Positions 11,961 through 22,789 of a DNA stretch of 64,000 nt are shown here, one piece after another. This DNA comes from Blastocladiella emersonii ATCC 22665 (taxonomy: Eukaryota > Fungi > Blastocladiomycota): assembly GCA_025594325.1 (NCBI GenBank), contig JANHCV010000002.1, positions 248,001-312,000 of the forward strand, read 5' to 3'. The translations under genes were made by a program, and so were the position numbers. The stretch's first letter is position 1, and the number at the start of each line of letters is the position of its first letter. The notes below the pieces were generated by a model, which worked only from the letters and a program-made list of their open reading frames with translations, was not told where the DNA came from and searched no databases.

Positions 11961-13701
11961 ATGGACCCGAACGAGGAGCAATCGCCGGCAGAGGCCCCGC
12001 TTCCCTCGAACTCGTCGCAGGCCAACGTCGATGTACCCCCGAGCCGCTCGATCCGCCTGTATTGGCCGATGGATGCGCGCAGCACCGGCGACTACCAACG
12101 AGAGTTGGGGGATCTGAACCCCAAAGCGTACCAGGTGCATGTCTCGAGCGCGTTACTTTGCGTGAGTCCGGACACGCCCGCCCGCGATTTGTACCTCGCG
12201 ATTCTCGACTTTGTACGGACTGCCTTGCCTGCATTTGGATCGTCCGGCAGCTTATCACATACGGCGCGAGTAGTGCGATATCCGTGATGCCCAAGCGGCC
12301 TTCGAGCGCTGGAACGGGCGGGTGCAGTGGGGTGTGCTTGTCCAGGCCCACTACATGCTTCCACGCACGCCTGCGCAGGAGCGCACGCCCTGCATGCATC
12401 AAGGCAATCAGGCCTCACTCCGCATCGAGGTGCGCCCGCGGGCGGCCGCGTCCGCGTGCCCCGGCCGCGACTTGCTTCGCGGCCACCTGGAAACGTTTGG
12501 CGAGCTGTATTCGTTTGACGTGGTCCATGAATCGCAGGAGTAAGTCGCTTTCGCTCCTTCTCGACTCGGTTCCGCCCGGACTGACGAGCGTTTCGCGATC
12601 CACCGTGTAGCGGGTCCCTGATCGTGTTTGTCGAGTACTTCAAGAAGGGCCGCGCACAGATCGCACTCAATGCGCTGGAGCGCGAACGGTCGGAGGACTA
12701 TACACTCGACGTTGAGCTCGCATGGGATCAATCGAGCGTGTACGTAATCGCGCGGCTCTTGCACTACCGACGCGCGACGACGCTGACCCCTCGATTCTCC
12801 TCCCCGTAGGGACATCGCGAAGCGGATTTTGACCAACTCAGTCGATCTTGTGACCCCGGGGCTGTTCCTGAAATGGGCCAGGTCACCACAGTCGCGTCAC
12901 GGCGACGGTTTCGCAGACGTTGCTCCTAGCAGGAAGGCTGATTCGTGGCGCCCTCCCACGCAGACCCGTTCTTCTTCTCGCACACGGGTCCGCTCTCCTC
13001 CTCGCACGCAGGCTCGCTCTCCTTCTCGCACGCAGGCTCGCTCTCCTCCTCGCCATCGCAGCCAGAGCCAGAACGGCTCGGCGCACGGCCGCAACCGAGG
13101 ACGAGACGAGCGGGACCCACCGCGCGACCGCACGACCGAGCGATCTCGTCGGCGCGCAGATTCGCCACGCCGGTCGCGCACTTCGGATGACCAAGGTCGG
13201 CACCGCGACCGCGCTCGTGACAAGCGGAGCCGCAGCCGTGGTCGCGAGCGCCGTGACCAGCACCGATCGCGGTCCCGCTCACGCTCGCGCTCGCGTCGTC
13301 GCGAGCCGCGCAAGTCTCGTACCCGCGGCTCGGCCCCGGCCCGCGAGACCAAACCGGTTTCCGCTGCGGCACCTGCGGATGAGCCCGCGCCACCGCTCGC
13401 GCTGCCGCCGCCGATGCCTCCGTTCCCGCAGCAGCTCCCGCAGCCCGAATTTCTTCAAGCGTTCCAGCTGGCCTCGCTCGCGGTCGCCGCCCCGCTCCTC
13501 CTCTCGTTCATGCAGCAGGCCCAGACTCTCGCTTCGCTTCCGCCGCAGCTCTTCCCCAACCCTGTGCCGATCATGCCGCCGCCGCCGCCCAGTTTGCTCC
13601 CGCCGGCCGTCATCGGCGGTGCACGCAGCAACGCTGGGCCGAGTGCCACTGTCAACGAGCACAACGGTGCGCAGGAGGTGCCCAAGTTCGAGGAATTGTG
13701 A
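11961..13701 (+). CDS. SR5: Mei2-like RRM-RRM-RS protein (closest paralog of SR3)
   Basis: MDPNEEQSP start shared with SR3; same exon structure; NQASLRIEVRP, LIVFVEYF, LAWDQSS, DIAKRILTNS..LKWAR. Confidence 0.85.
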
Positions 13702-13942
13702 GTACAGCGGCGGAAGCCGGGTGTGTGGAAGCAGGGGATCGTGTGAATGTAACAGCGTCTCATCGGTGTCGTTGAGTGTCAAGCGGGTGATGGCCAAGTT
13801 CCGAGTATGGTGTTCGCCGTGAGAGCAACGCGACGCGACGCGACGCGTCGAGCGGGTGAGACGTGAGACATGGTGCCGCCACACGCGTTCACTTTCTTGG
13901 ACGCGCGTTCGCCTCGCTCTCCTTCTCCGCGCACCCTTGCCC

Positions 13943-13987
13943 ATGAAGCTGATGAACGCTGATTGCGACGGTTTACTTGCTGCAAAT
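13943..13987 (+). promoter_or_regulatory. SR-family leader with stop lost (TAA to TTA), fused in frame to SR6
   Basis: ATG AAG CTG ATG AAC .. GGT TTA CTT GCT GCA AAT ATG; 12-nt gap makes MKLMNADCDGLLAAN an N-terminal extension. Confidence 0.65.
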
Positions 13988-15886
13988 ATGGACCGATTCG
14001 AGGATAACTTGCTGGCCGAGTCCAACGACACGGTCCCGATGCCTTTGGACGCGAAGCAGGCGCTGGGAGTCAGCCCCCCGCCTCACCCAACCTCGGTGTT
14101 CCCGCCGAGCCGCTCAGTCCGCTTCCACTGGGTGCCCAAGGTCGGGGATACTTGCGATCATCGGGATGAGCTAGTCGAGCTGTACCCTAAAGCTTTCAGC
14201 GTGATGGCAAAGAGCGCCTTCATCCACACGGACGGACGCGACACACTGTGCCGCTATCTCATCCTCGACTTTGTACGACTCAGAGATAACTCATCTGGGC
14301 GAGAAGCAACTTACTCACCAGCACCCGTGTAGTACGATATTCGCGATGCTCAAGCGGCAATCGAGCTGCTGCACGGGCACGAGCGGTGGGCCACTCGCAT
14401 CATGGGTCACTTTATGATTCCTCGCGAGCCAGTGCGAGAGCGTGTCCCACATCACTTCCCGACGGGCGAGGGCTCGATTCGGCTTGTTCTTCAGCCGCGA
14501 ACGGCGTCGCCCGGTTCGCCGGGCCACGATCAGCTCCACGCACTTGTGAGCAAGTTTGGCGAGCTGCGCTCGTTCCACCTGAACAAGGACTCGAAAGGGC
14601 ACGTTTGTTGAAACAGTTTGCTGTCGTCGATGCAGCTGACCTTTCCTCTTTTTCTTTTAGAGACTTTTTGCATGTGTTCGCCGAGTTTTATGATTCTCGC
14701 TCGAGGGTTCGTGCGTGCAGTGCGTTGGATGGAACTCGATTCGAGGGCTACATGCTTCGGGCCGCGCTAGCATGGGATCAGGCTTCGATGTACGTCGCCC
14801 GCAAGCGACAGAGCGGTGAGCAACTTCTGACACTTTTCTTGCTGTAGCGACATTGTCAAACGGCTGCTCGACCGGTCCATCAAAGTCCCGCACGGCTTCC
14901 TTCCGCGATGGGCTCATCCGGTAGACAAGCCTGCTTCTTGGTCTTCAAACCGCAGCCAGCGGCGCTCGCTTGAAGCGGGGAACCGGGTCGATGCCCGGCA
15001 GCTCTTCTTGGTCTCGGACCTGCGAACGCGATCGTGGTCGCGCTCCCCTTCGCCTAGTATGGGCACTCAAAATGGCAAGCATCGTGGCTCGGGCCGCTCG
15101 CGCAACCGTTCTCCACCCCGGCGTGCTGCGAAGGAGGCCGATTCATCCGAAAGGTCATGGGATCGGGATCGCGATCGCGACCATGGCAGCCGTCGGAGCC
15201 CAAGTCGTGATCGCGACCGTGGCCGTGACCGTGACCGCAGTCGGCAGCACTTTCACTCGCGGGAAAGCTCTTGGGCGCGGACCGCGTCTCGCTCACGCGC
15301 GTATTCACGCTCGCGTCGTGACTCTCATTCGCGCACCAAGACTCGATCGCGCTCTGACGCTGCTTCTCGGACTGGCTCTCGTTCGTCTACTTCTTCTCGC
15401 AAGCGCGGATCCCGTCGCTCAAGCAACAAAGAAGCTAACACCAACTCTCAATCGACCGGCTTCGCCGCTCCTCCCGCAAGCGGGCTCCTGCCGACGCTGA
15501 GCGCGCTCGTTACGGCGCCTGTTGCCGCGAGCCAGTCGTACGTTGTGGTGCCTGCAGCGATGCTCTCCGCTGTAGTCAATCAACAGCAGCAGCAACAACA
15601 GCAACAGCAAGCCCTCGCCAATCTGCTCTCAATGCAGCAGATGCCGCTCGTAACCAATGCTAACACGAGGTTTCTCCCGTCAACGCATGGAATCGGCAGT
15701 GGTATTGCTTTCCTGAATCCCGTTTACATGGCGGGCGGAGCCAACCCGGTGCCGCTTCTGGTGCAGCAGCCGCGCGCCCACACCATGCCGCTATCGATCT
15801 CAGGCGTCAACTTCGGGCAAGCAGCGTTGCAACAGCAACAACAGTGGTTTGGCGATGCTCTCAGCAACTCTGAGCAGCCACGGTGA
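13988..15886 (+). CDS. SR6: Mei2-like RRM-RRM-RS protein
   Basis: FPPSRSVRFHW..LILDF | YDIRDAQAA..GEGSIRLVLQP | (GC donor, intron 14599-14660) DFLHVFAEFYD..LAWDQAS | DIVKRLLDRS..LPRWAH, RS, poly-Q. Confidence 0.8.
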
Positions 15887-16275
15887 TCGCATCTCGTTGT
15901 GGTGCATATCCTTGCCCGAGAGTGTTGTCCTCGTTGAGGATGTAGTCAATAAGAGATCAGTTCCTGCCTGCTCTAATTCTTGCGCATCAGCGCAAACTGG
16001 TTGAATCTCACCGTTACGATGGCTGTCGTGGTTTGAGCTGAGCGAGTGGTCCAGCTCTCGCGACCTGGATTGAGGTCCTTGGCGCACGATTGTCTTAAAA
16101 TTTTTGCAAACCTTCTTGAGCAAGGGGCGCGGCGGGGGCAACGACGCGATGACGCGGACAAGGTCGCGTTGGTCACATCACGCCACCTCGTCCGCCGCGG
16201 CTTCCCACCGCTCCCTCCCCGGCGGAACACAACGAAGCGAAGGAAGATTGAACACACTCTCTAACTCGATGCAAC

Positions 16276-18145
16276 ATGGATGAAATGCAGCCCGTATCGT
16301 CTCCCGGGGATCACCTCGAGGCCCCGCTTCCTTCGCCCTCGGCTCCCGCGCCAGGGCCGACGCAGACGGCCACTGATCTTTTCCCTCCGAGCCGTTCGAT
16401 TCGATTGCACTGGATGGTGGAGCCGGGAGACACCGCCAATCGCCAGGCCGTCGTGCAGACTTTGACTCCAAGCGCTTACTTGGTCAGGGTCAAGACGTCC
16501 AGTGCCAAACTGGACGGCCGGAGGCACCTTCTCCGCTCTGCTCTGCTTGATTTTGTGCGCATAAACCATGCCGGTCGTGGCGGCGGCGCACAATGTCCTC
16601 ACTCATCCGGTTGTATGTAGGCCGATCTCCGCGATGCCCAGGCCGCGCTTGTGTACTGGCAGGGCCGGGAGCTCTGGGGTACGCGCGTCGAGGCCCATTT
16701 CATGATCCCGAGCGAGCCCGTGCAGTCTCGGACGCCGTACAGGAATGCGCGGGGCGACGCGTCGCTGCGCATCGAGCTGCATCGGCGAAACGGTCCGCCC
16801 GTGGAGAACCCGCAGGAGCTTGACGAGCTGTGGACTCTGTTGGCCCGCTTTGGCGATCTACGCTCGTTGGACCCGTTTCAAGAGCTACCGGGGTGCGTCG
16901 TTTCGTGCCGCCTTCAGCAGCGAGCTCCACAATGACTGAAAAACAACGTATTTGAATCTGAAGCGGTGCTTTGCTTACATACGCCGAGTACTTCAGCAAT
17001 GCCAATCGCTTCACCGCGTCGCAGGCGCTGCACCTCTCGCAGTTCAAGGACTACGAGGTCTACGCCGAGCCCGCGTGGGATCAGTCGTCGCTGTGCGTTT
17101 GTCTCGCCCGCCCTGGTAATGATTTCCGACTGACGTACACATCCCACTGCATAGTGACATTGTGAAGCAGGTGCTCGACCGATCCATCACCATTCCGCGC
17201 CACCTTCTTCCGGTCTGGGCGAGATCGCTGGACAACGCTTATGGTCCGCCCACGCCATCATTGAAACCCGCTCACAAGGCTCCCGCGCGCCGAAGCGACT
17301 TGCCGAAACCGATAGCGCGCGCTCGCTCCCGCAGCCGCGACGCGACGCGCCGTCGCCAGCGCGAGTCCCCATCTCGCGGACGCGATTTGCGTCGGGATGT
17401 GAGCTCGCGCCGCAGGCCTTCGCGCAGCCGCTCTCGTTCCCGCGCTCGCCATTGGAGTCGTTCGCCGCGCCGTTCCCGGCACCAGAGCAAATCGCGCGAC
17501 CGCAGCGGACGCCGTGAGCGAAACGTCAAGGATCGCTCCACTTTGCGCTCGCCTTCACGCTCGCGATCCCGTTCGCGGTCTCGTTCGCGGCGCCATCGCG
17601 ACCGACGCCGTTCCGCATCATCTTCGTCGCGCTCTAGTTCTATCTTGCGGTCCCGCTCGCCGTCGCGCTCAACCCGCCGCAGCCGCGAAAATGACGGCGA
17701 CCGTGACCCGATCCTTCCCGAAGCGCCGTCGGCGAGTAACGTCGCGCCGCTGACGCCCGCGGTCGGTCCGGGATACGTCGTCGTGCCCATGGCGGCGCTC
17801 TTCCAGCCCCAGTTCGCGGCCCTTGCGTCGCCGCAGCCCACCGTCGCGTCGCTCGCCGACAATCCGATGCTGCTGCTGTCGTCGATGTTGGGCCAGGGCC
17901 AGGGTCTCGGGACGATGCTACCGAGCCCTGCGTATACGCCGACTGCAACGGGAGCCGCAGCTGCGCCGTTCCCGATGTCGCTGCCGTTCGCACTCTCGCT
18001 CGGTCTTCCTCCGCTCCAGTCGCCGATCCCGAGTGGCGCGGCTCGTCCGAGCGAGACTCCTCCAGTCACGCCAGCGCCAACCAAGAAGCCATGGACCCGC
18101 ACCAAGGCCTCGGCCAAGAAGACGTCGGCCAAGTCGTCCGAGTGA
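16276..18145 (+). CDS. SR7: Mei2-like RRM-RRM-RS protein
   Basis: FPPSRSIRLHW..ALLDF | ADLRDAQAA..GDASLRIELH | ALLTYAEYF..PAWDQSS | DIVKQVLDRS..LPVWAR. The leader keeps the TAACTCGATGCAAC box but has lost the uATG. Confidence 0.85.
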
Positions 18146-18826
18146 GTTTGCCGATTGGTTCAATACAGAGTATGGGCCAAGACCAGCTATCGTCGCCGTC
18201 GCCACGCGCGAACGAGCCAGGGTCTGGCAAACCCGTGGAAGACGTAAACCCTTTTCGAATTTGTTGTTTGTCGCCTAATTTTGTGGATCGAAATGATAGA
18301 ATATAATTCTAACTAGGATTTTACTGTGATGAATCCCGCGAGGGAGTGGCGGTGATGAACAATGTCTCGCGACGCGTCTCGCATCTCCCACGTGCCTGGT
18401 CACGCCATTTCGCGACGCGTCTTTCCTCTGCTCCTATCTGTCTCCCGTGGTCGTTTAAAAAGCGCGATTTCGCGAAATCTGTAAGAAAAGGACAAAAGAA
18501 TGAAGAAACAAATCCCAAAAGAATAAGTGAGCGATCAATGCGTCAAGGCGGAAGGAGGGTTCGCGAGGGCAGAGGAGTACCAGCCAGAGCTCGGAGATAA
18601 TGACAAGATTTGAATTGGACCGATTGTAGTCGATCTGTCCCCAGGAATATCCCCAGACGTGTCGCGTTTGATCACCCGTCCTTGCCGCTCCGCTCGCGCT
18701 CACGCGAGGGTTAGTAACAAACTCAGGCAAAGAGCACCTGGCCCGCTGTCATGAGATCCTTATTCTATGCTAATATAAAGAATTGGCGACCGGTAGCGTT
18801 AGGAACTGCTCCCCTCCGTGCTGGGA

Positions 18827-18900
18827 CCCCCACCCACCCCCCACCCACCCCTCACCCTCCCCCACCCTCCCCCGCCCAACTCAACCTCAACTCAACTCAG
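18827..18900. repeat. C-rich low-complexity tract (G-quadruplex-type on minus strand) followed by CTCAA repeats
   Basis: CCCCCACCCACCCCCCACCCACCCCTCACCCTCCCCCACCCTCCCCCGCCC, then AACTCAACCTCAACTCAACTC. Confidence 0.7.
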
Positions 18901-20209
18901 CCCTTCAGCGCGTCAATGAAAGATACATACGCTGCGGCGTCGTATTTGTAAAGAAATACGTGCGATTAGTGAGGGATCAGAGAAGCAATCAGTTTAAGCA
19001 AGCAGAGAAAGTATAACGTGCTCGGCGCGTTGGTTTAGCAAGTGAAGCGTACGGACGCTGGACAGCGTGACATGGCTGCGAAGACGACAAACTCACGAAT
19101 CCTGAACGCGTTGCAAGGGTAGCGCGAGCGCAGCAAAAGCTCAGCGGCGTGAAGAGACCAGCGACGATGGCCTGGAAGGCTCCCGATTCGGTCACGTTCA
19201 CAGAGATCGACGCGGCCGCGATGGTCTGCTCGCCGTTCCAATGTGGGAAGTTGGAGCGGGGGACCGAGTTGTGCCCGTTGCAGTTGACCTCGAAATTGCC
19301 GCGCATCTGCTCGAGTGCGATGGCGATGAGCTTGAGCAACGTTGCGCCGTCACCCAGGGCGAGCCCAATGCGAACACCGTCCACGATCGCGACCATGGGC
19401 GGCTTCTGCACTGAGTTGGGTGCTTCTAAAGCGCCTTCGCGGCCTTTTTTTGGGAAAACGAGCGCCTTCTTCGAGATGGCGACGGCGGGAACGTCGTCCA
19501 TGGCGCGGAACGCGATGCAAGAGCCGGCCAGCCTGGCAAACCGCCGACCGCGACCAGATGCGCCGTAGCACGCTTCCAGCTGCTCGAGACAGGCGTGTGC
19601 CGCGTCGGAGCCCCAAACAAGCAAATGGTGACGAGTCCCACCACATGGCCGTCAGAATTGTCGCGAAACCGCTGTTCCGCTTCGCGGACCAGCTGCTCCG
19701 TCTGCTCGAGCGTGGGCAGCGGGGGCGGGAAGGACTCGGCCAAGTTCGCAGTGGCGATTGGGGGCAGCAGGCCCGCGGTGCTCCGCTCGGAGCGACGAGC
19801 GCCTCAACGGCGTTGCGCCGCGCAAGAAAAGCGACAAAATCCACGATCACGCCCCGCTGGAGTGGCCAGGCGGGGCTTGGCGGCTGCCGAGCATGATCGT
19901 CGCGGCCCTCCGCCTCTGCTTCACAAGCCCAAGTGCATGCGATCCTTCAGCCTCGGAGCGAACTTGCAGCACTCATGTGAGGCAAGCGTTTAGACTCACA
20001 TGCGGGTAGTTGTCTGTGCGAAGAGCGTGTATCGACAGGCGGTGCGCGCGGCAACTCACGTCAAGGTTCATCCTTCTCATCGACAGCTCCCAGTCGCTCA
20101 AGCTCAGGAACGACGGAGACGTCCAGCGATGGCAGCACTCGTGCCGACAAGCAGTTGCGCCCCCAGCGCTGGTGCCACACACAAGCCGCCGTCTTGCCAT
20201 CAGCGGCCC

Positions 20210-20694
20210 GAGCTTCAGTTCATGACTGTCGCCCATTCTCGGCAGCGGCGGATCACGGTCCTGCCCCAACGCCCAACCCGTCCGCGGCCATAGGTGCCTC
20301 GTTTGTGACTGTGCCTGTGTCCTCCCTGCCCGCGATCGCCCACGCGGTCCAAATGCAGCAGCAGGCGTCGCTCACAGCTATGGCCGCACCGAACCCAATG
20401 CTTCCCGCGTTCCACTATGGCGGCGGCGGCGCGTATGCGAACCACATGCACGCGATGGCTGCGCCCGCGAGCATCAACGCGCAGTTCCACAGCATGTCGC
20501 CGCACGTACCGGTTCCTTACGTTGCGGGCGGCGGCTACAACTTGTTCGGGGTGGATCAGTATCAGCATCAGCCCGCCGCTGGGTATGGAGGCCTGCCACC
20601 GTCGCTGCCGAAGTGGACGGAAATGGAGAGAGCAAGCATGCTACACCCAATGTATCGATTATTCATCTGTTTCGCCTCGCGAACCGGAGAGTGA
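20210..20694 (+). pseudogene. Orphan 3' tail of an SR10-like gene
   Basis: GPAPTPNPSAAIGASFVTVPVSSLPAIAHAVQMQQ..NPML is nearly identical to the SR10 tail (56687-57070, minus strand); no RRM exons upstream. Confidence 0.65.
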
Positions 20695-20816
20695 TTGAGG
20701 AGGGATCAGCACCGCGCCGTGCTTTTGAGTCGTGGCGCGCAGTGGGCGAGGATGAACGACGCGACCACCGCCTCGGTTCCGATACCCGCCTCTCCGCCTC
20801 ATCCACCGCGAAGGGA

Positions 20817-20851
20817 ATGAACTCTGGTCGCGACATTTAACTTGCTGCAAT
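20817..20851 (+). promoter_or_regulatory. SR-family leader: uORF MNSGRDI* + box
   Basis: ATG 20817, TAA 20838-20840, main ATG 20852. Confidence 0.7.
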
Positions 20852-22572
20852 ATGGACAGTATCAGGCCGCAGTCGCCTCGCAATGGTGCTCGCCGCCCCA
20901 ACGCGGACAAGGCGAATGGAGCCACCAGCATCTCGTCAGCGGCGCCGTGCTACTTCCCGCCCAACCGCTCAATCCGGCTACACTGGATCCCGGTCCCAGG
21001 CGATTCCAACTCTCATCAATCCTACATCGCAGACCAGAGCCCAAACGCTTACGCAATCAAGGTCGCAATTACCAGGTTCCAGGTCGACAGGCAGCCCGTG
21101 ACAGGCCGGCTCGCCATTCTCAACTTTGTACGCCGCCCATCGTTGGCTGAGCGACAGATCCATGCTCGCTGAATCACTCATCTTAATGCGTCCGCATGCG
21201 TAGGACGACCTGCGCGACGCGCAAGCCGCACGCGAGTACTGGAACGGTCGGGCGTGCTGGGGCACGCGCGTCGAGGCGCAGTTCCTGATTCCGACCGAGC
21301 CCGTGCGGCAGCGCACGCCGTACGAGCACCGGCGCAGCGAGGGCTCGCTGCGCATTGAGCTGCGGCCGTCGGCCAGTTCGCCCGAACCGCCGAGCGACAG
21401 CCAGCTGCGCGAGCTGCTCGCCGGATTTGGGGAGCTCCGCTCGCTTGACCGCCTCCAGGAGCAGAGCGGGTGCGTTCGTGGTTTGCGTGGAGCTTGAGAA
21501 CGCGGCTGACGCTTCGCCCCATGTAGCGGCGCGTTCTTCACGTTTGTCGAGTACTTCAACCATCGGGCTCGGCTTCGTGCGTACGATGCCCTCCTCAAGG
21601 CTCAGTTCGGTGACTACACGCTGCGCACTGACCTCGCGTGGGACAAGTCGTCCATGTACGCTGCTCATCCATCGCGGAGCTCTTCCTCTCCCTCTCTGAC
21701 TCTCGGATTTCCACTGTAGAAAGATTGTGCGGCAGCTACTCAACCGATCGATTGTCGTGCCGAAGTGCGTGCTTCCGACTTGGGCAAAAGTGCATGGCGT
21801 TCATTACCGCCCTGACCGTGACAACGGCGTCGCGCGCCTTGCTGGGTCACATGCGCATGCGGCGCGCTCGCGATCCCGCTCACGCGGCCGTGACGCGCGC
21901 TATCATGGCAGTCGGCCTCGCTCCCGCTCACGCAGCCCTTCGCGTCATCGCTATCGCGGCCGCAGCCGCAGTTGTAGCCGACCGCCGCCCCGCTTGCGCG
22001 ATCGAAGCAGCTCCCGCGACAACAACCGACGCGCCCGTCGGTACCGCAGGTCTGCTTCTCCTTCTCGCTCGCGCGCCCGCCCTCGGGATCGCTCTCACTC
22101 TCGGTCGCGATCTCGGTCGCGTCCACGCCGCTCTCGTCGACGCACTCCATCCTCATCTCCGTACCGCTCACGCTCGCCTCCGCCTCACCATAGCCACGGC
22201 TCGTTCTGGACTAGCGTGCCGCCACCGCCGCTGCCAATGACGCCCATGGGCGCGCCGTACATGGCGCACCCGATGGCCGCACTCGCGCAGTACCAGCAGC
22301 AGCAGTACTTGGCCGCGATGCAGGCCGCGTCATCGCTTTCCGCCGCCCCGAACCCGATGTTGCTCTCGCCCGTCGTGACGCAAGGAATCGGCGGCGCGGG
22401 CGGTCCGTACCCGTACCCGAGCCCCATGTACACGCCGACGGCAGCCGCGGGCCCCTTCGAGATGCCGTCGCAGCCGTACTTGATGATGTCGCCGATGCCA
22501 AACAGCGGCGGCGGGACGAACGCGCTTCAGCTGTACGCCGCGGGTTTGGGTCCGCCTGGTCTGCCAAAGTAG
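20852..22572 (+). CDS. SR8: Mei2-like RRM-RRM-RS protein
   Basis: FPPNRSIRLHW..LAILNF | DDLRDAQAA..SEGSLRIELRP | AFFTFVEYFN..LAWDKSS | KIVRQLLNRS..LPTWAK. Confidence 0.85.
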
Positions 22573-22745
22573 TGGTCTGTAAGAATATAAACAGAGCCGA
22601 TGGTGTTTTAGCAGCACGAGGCCGTTGAGAGGGAGGGGAAACCGGCGAGGGACGCGACGCGGCGGCCACACGCATGCGCCACCGCGTGCCGCCTGCAGGT
22701 CAGCGACGCGGACGCTTTGGGCCAATGCTCTCGCCACCTCGCACC

Positions 22746-22789
22746 ATGGAACTCATGAACGGCAGCCGCGCAACCTAACCTGCTGCAAC
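22746..22789 (+). promoter_or_regulatory. SR-family leader: uORF MELMNGSRAT* + box
   Basis: ATG 22746, TAA 22776-22778, main ATG 22790. Confidence 0.7.

Noticed and set aside
12960-13060. Direct repeats (TCTCCTTCTCGCACGCAGGCTCGC) resembling a CRISPR or satellite array
   Set aside because: They encode RSPxRTQA repeats inside the SR5 RS domain; eukaryotic context, no spacers or cas genes.
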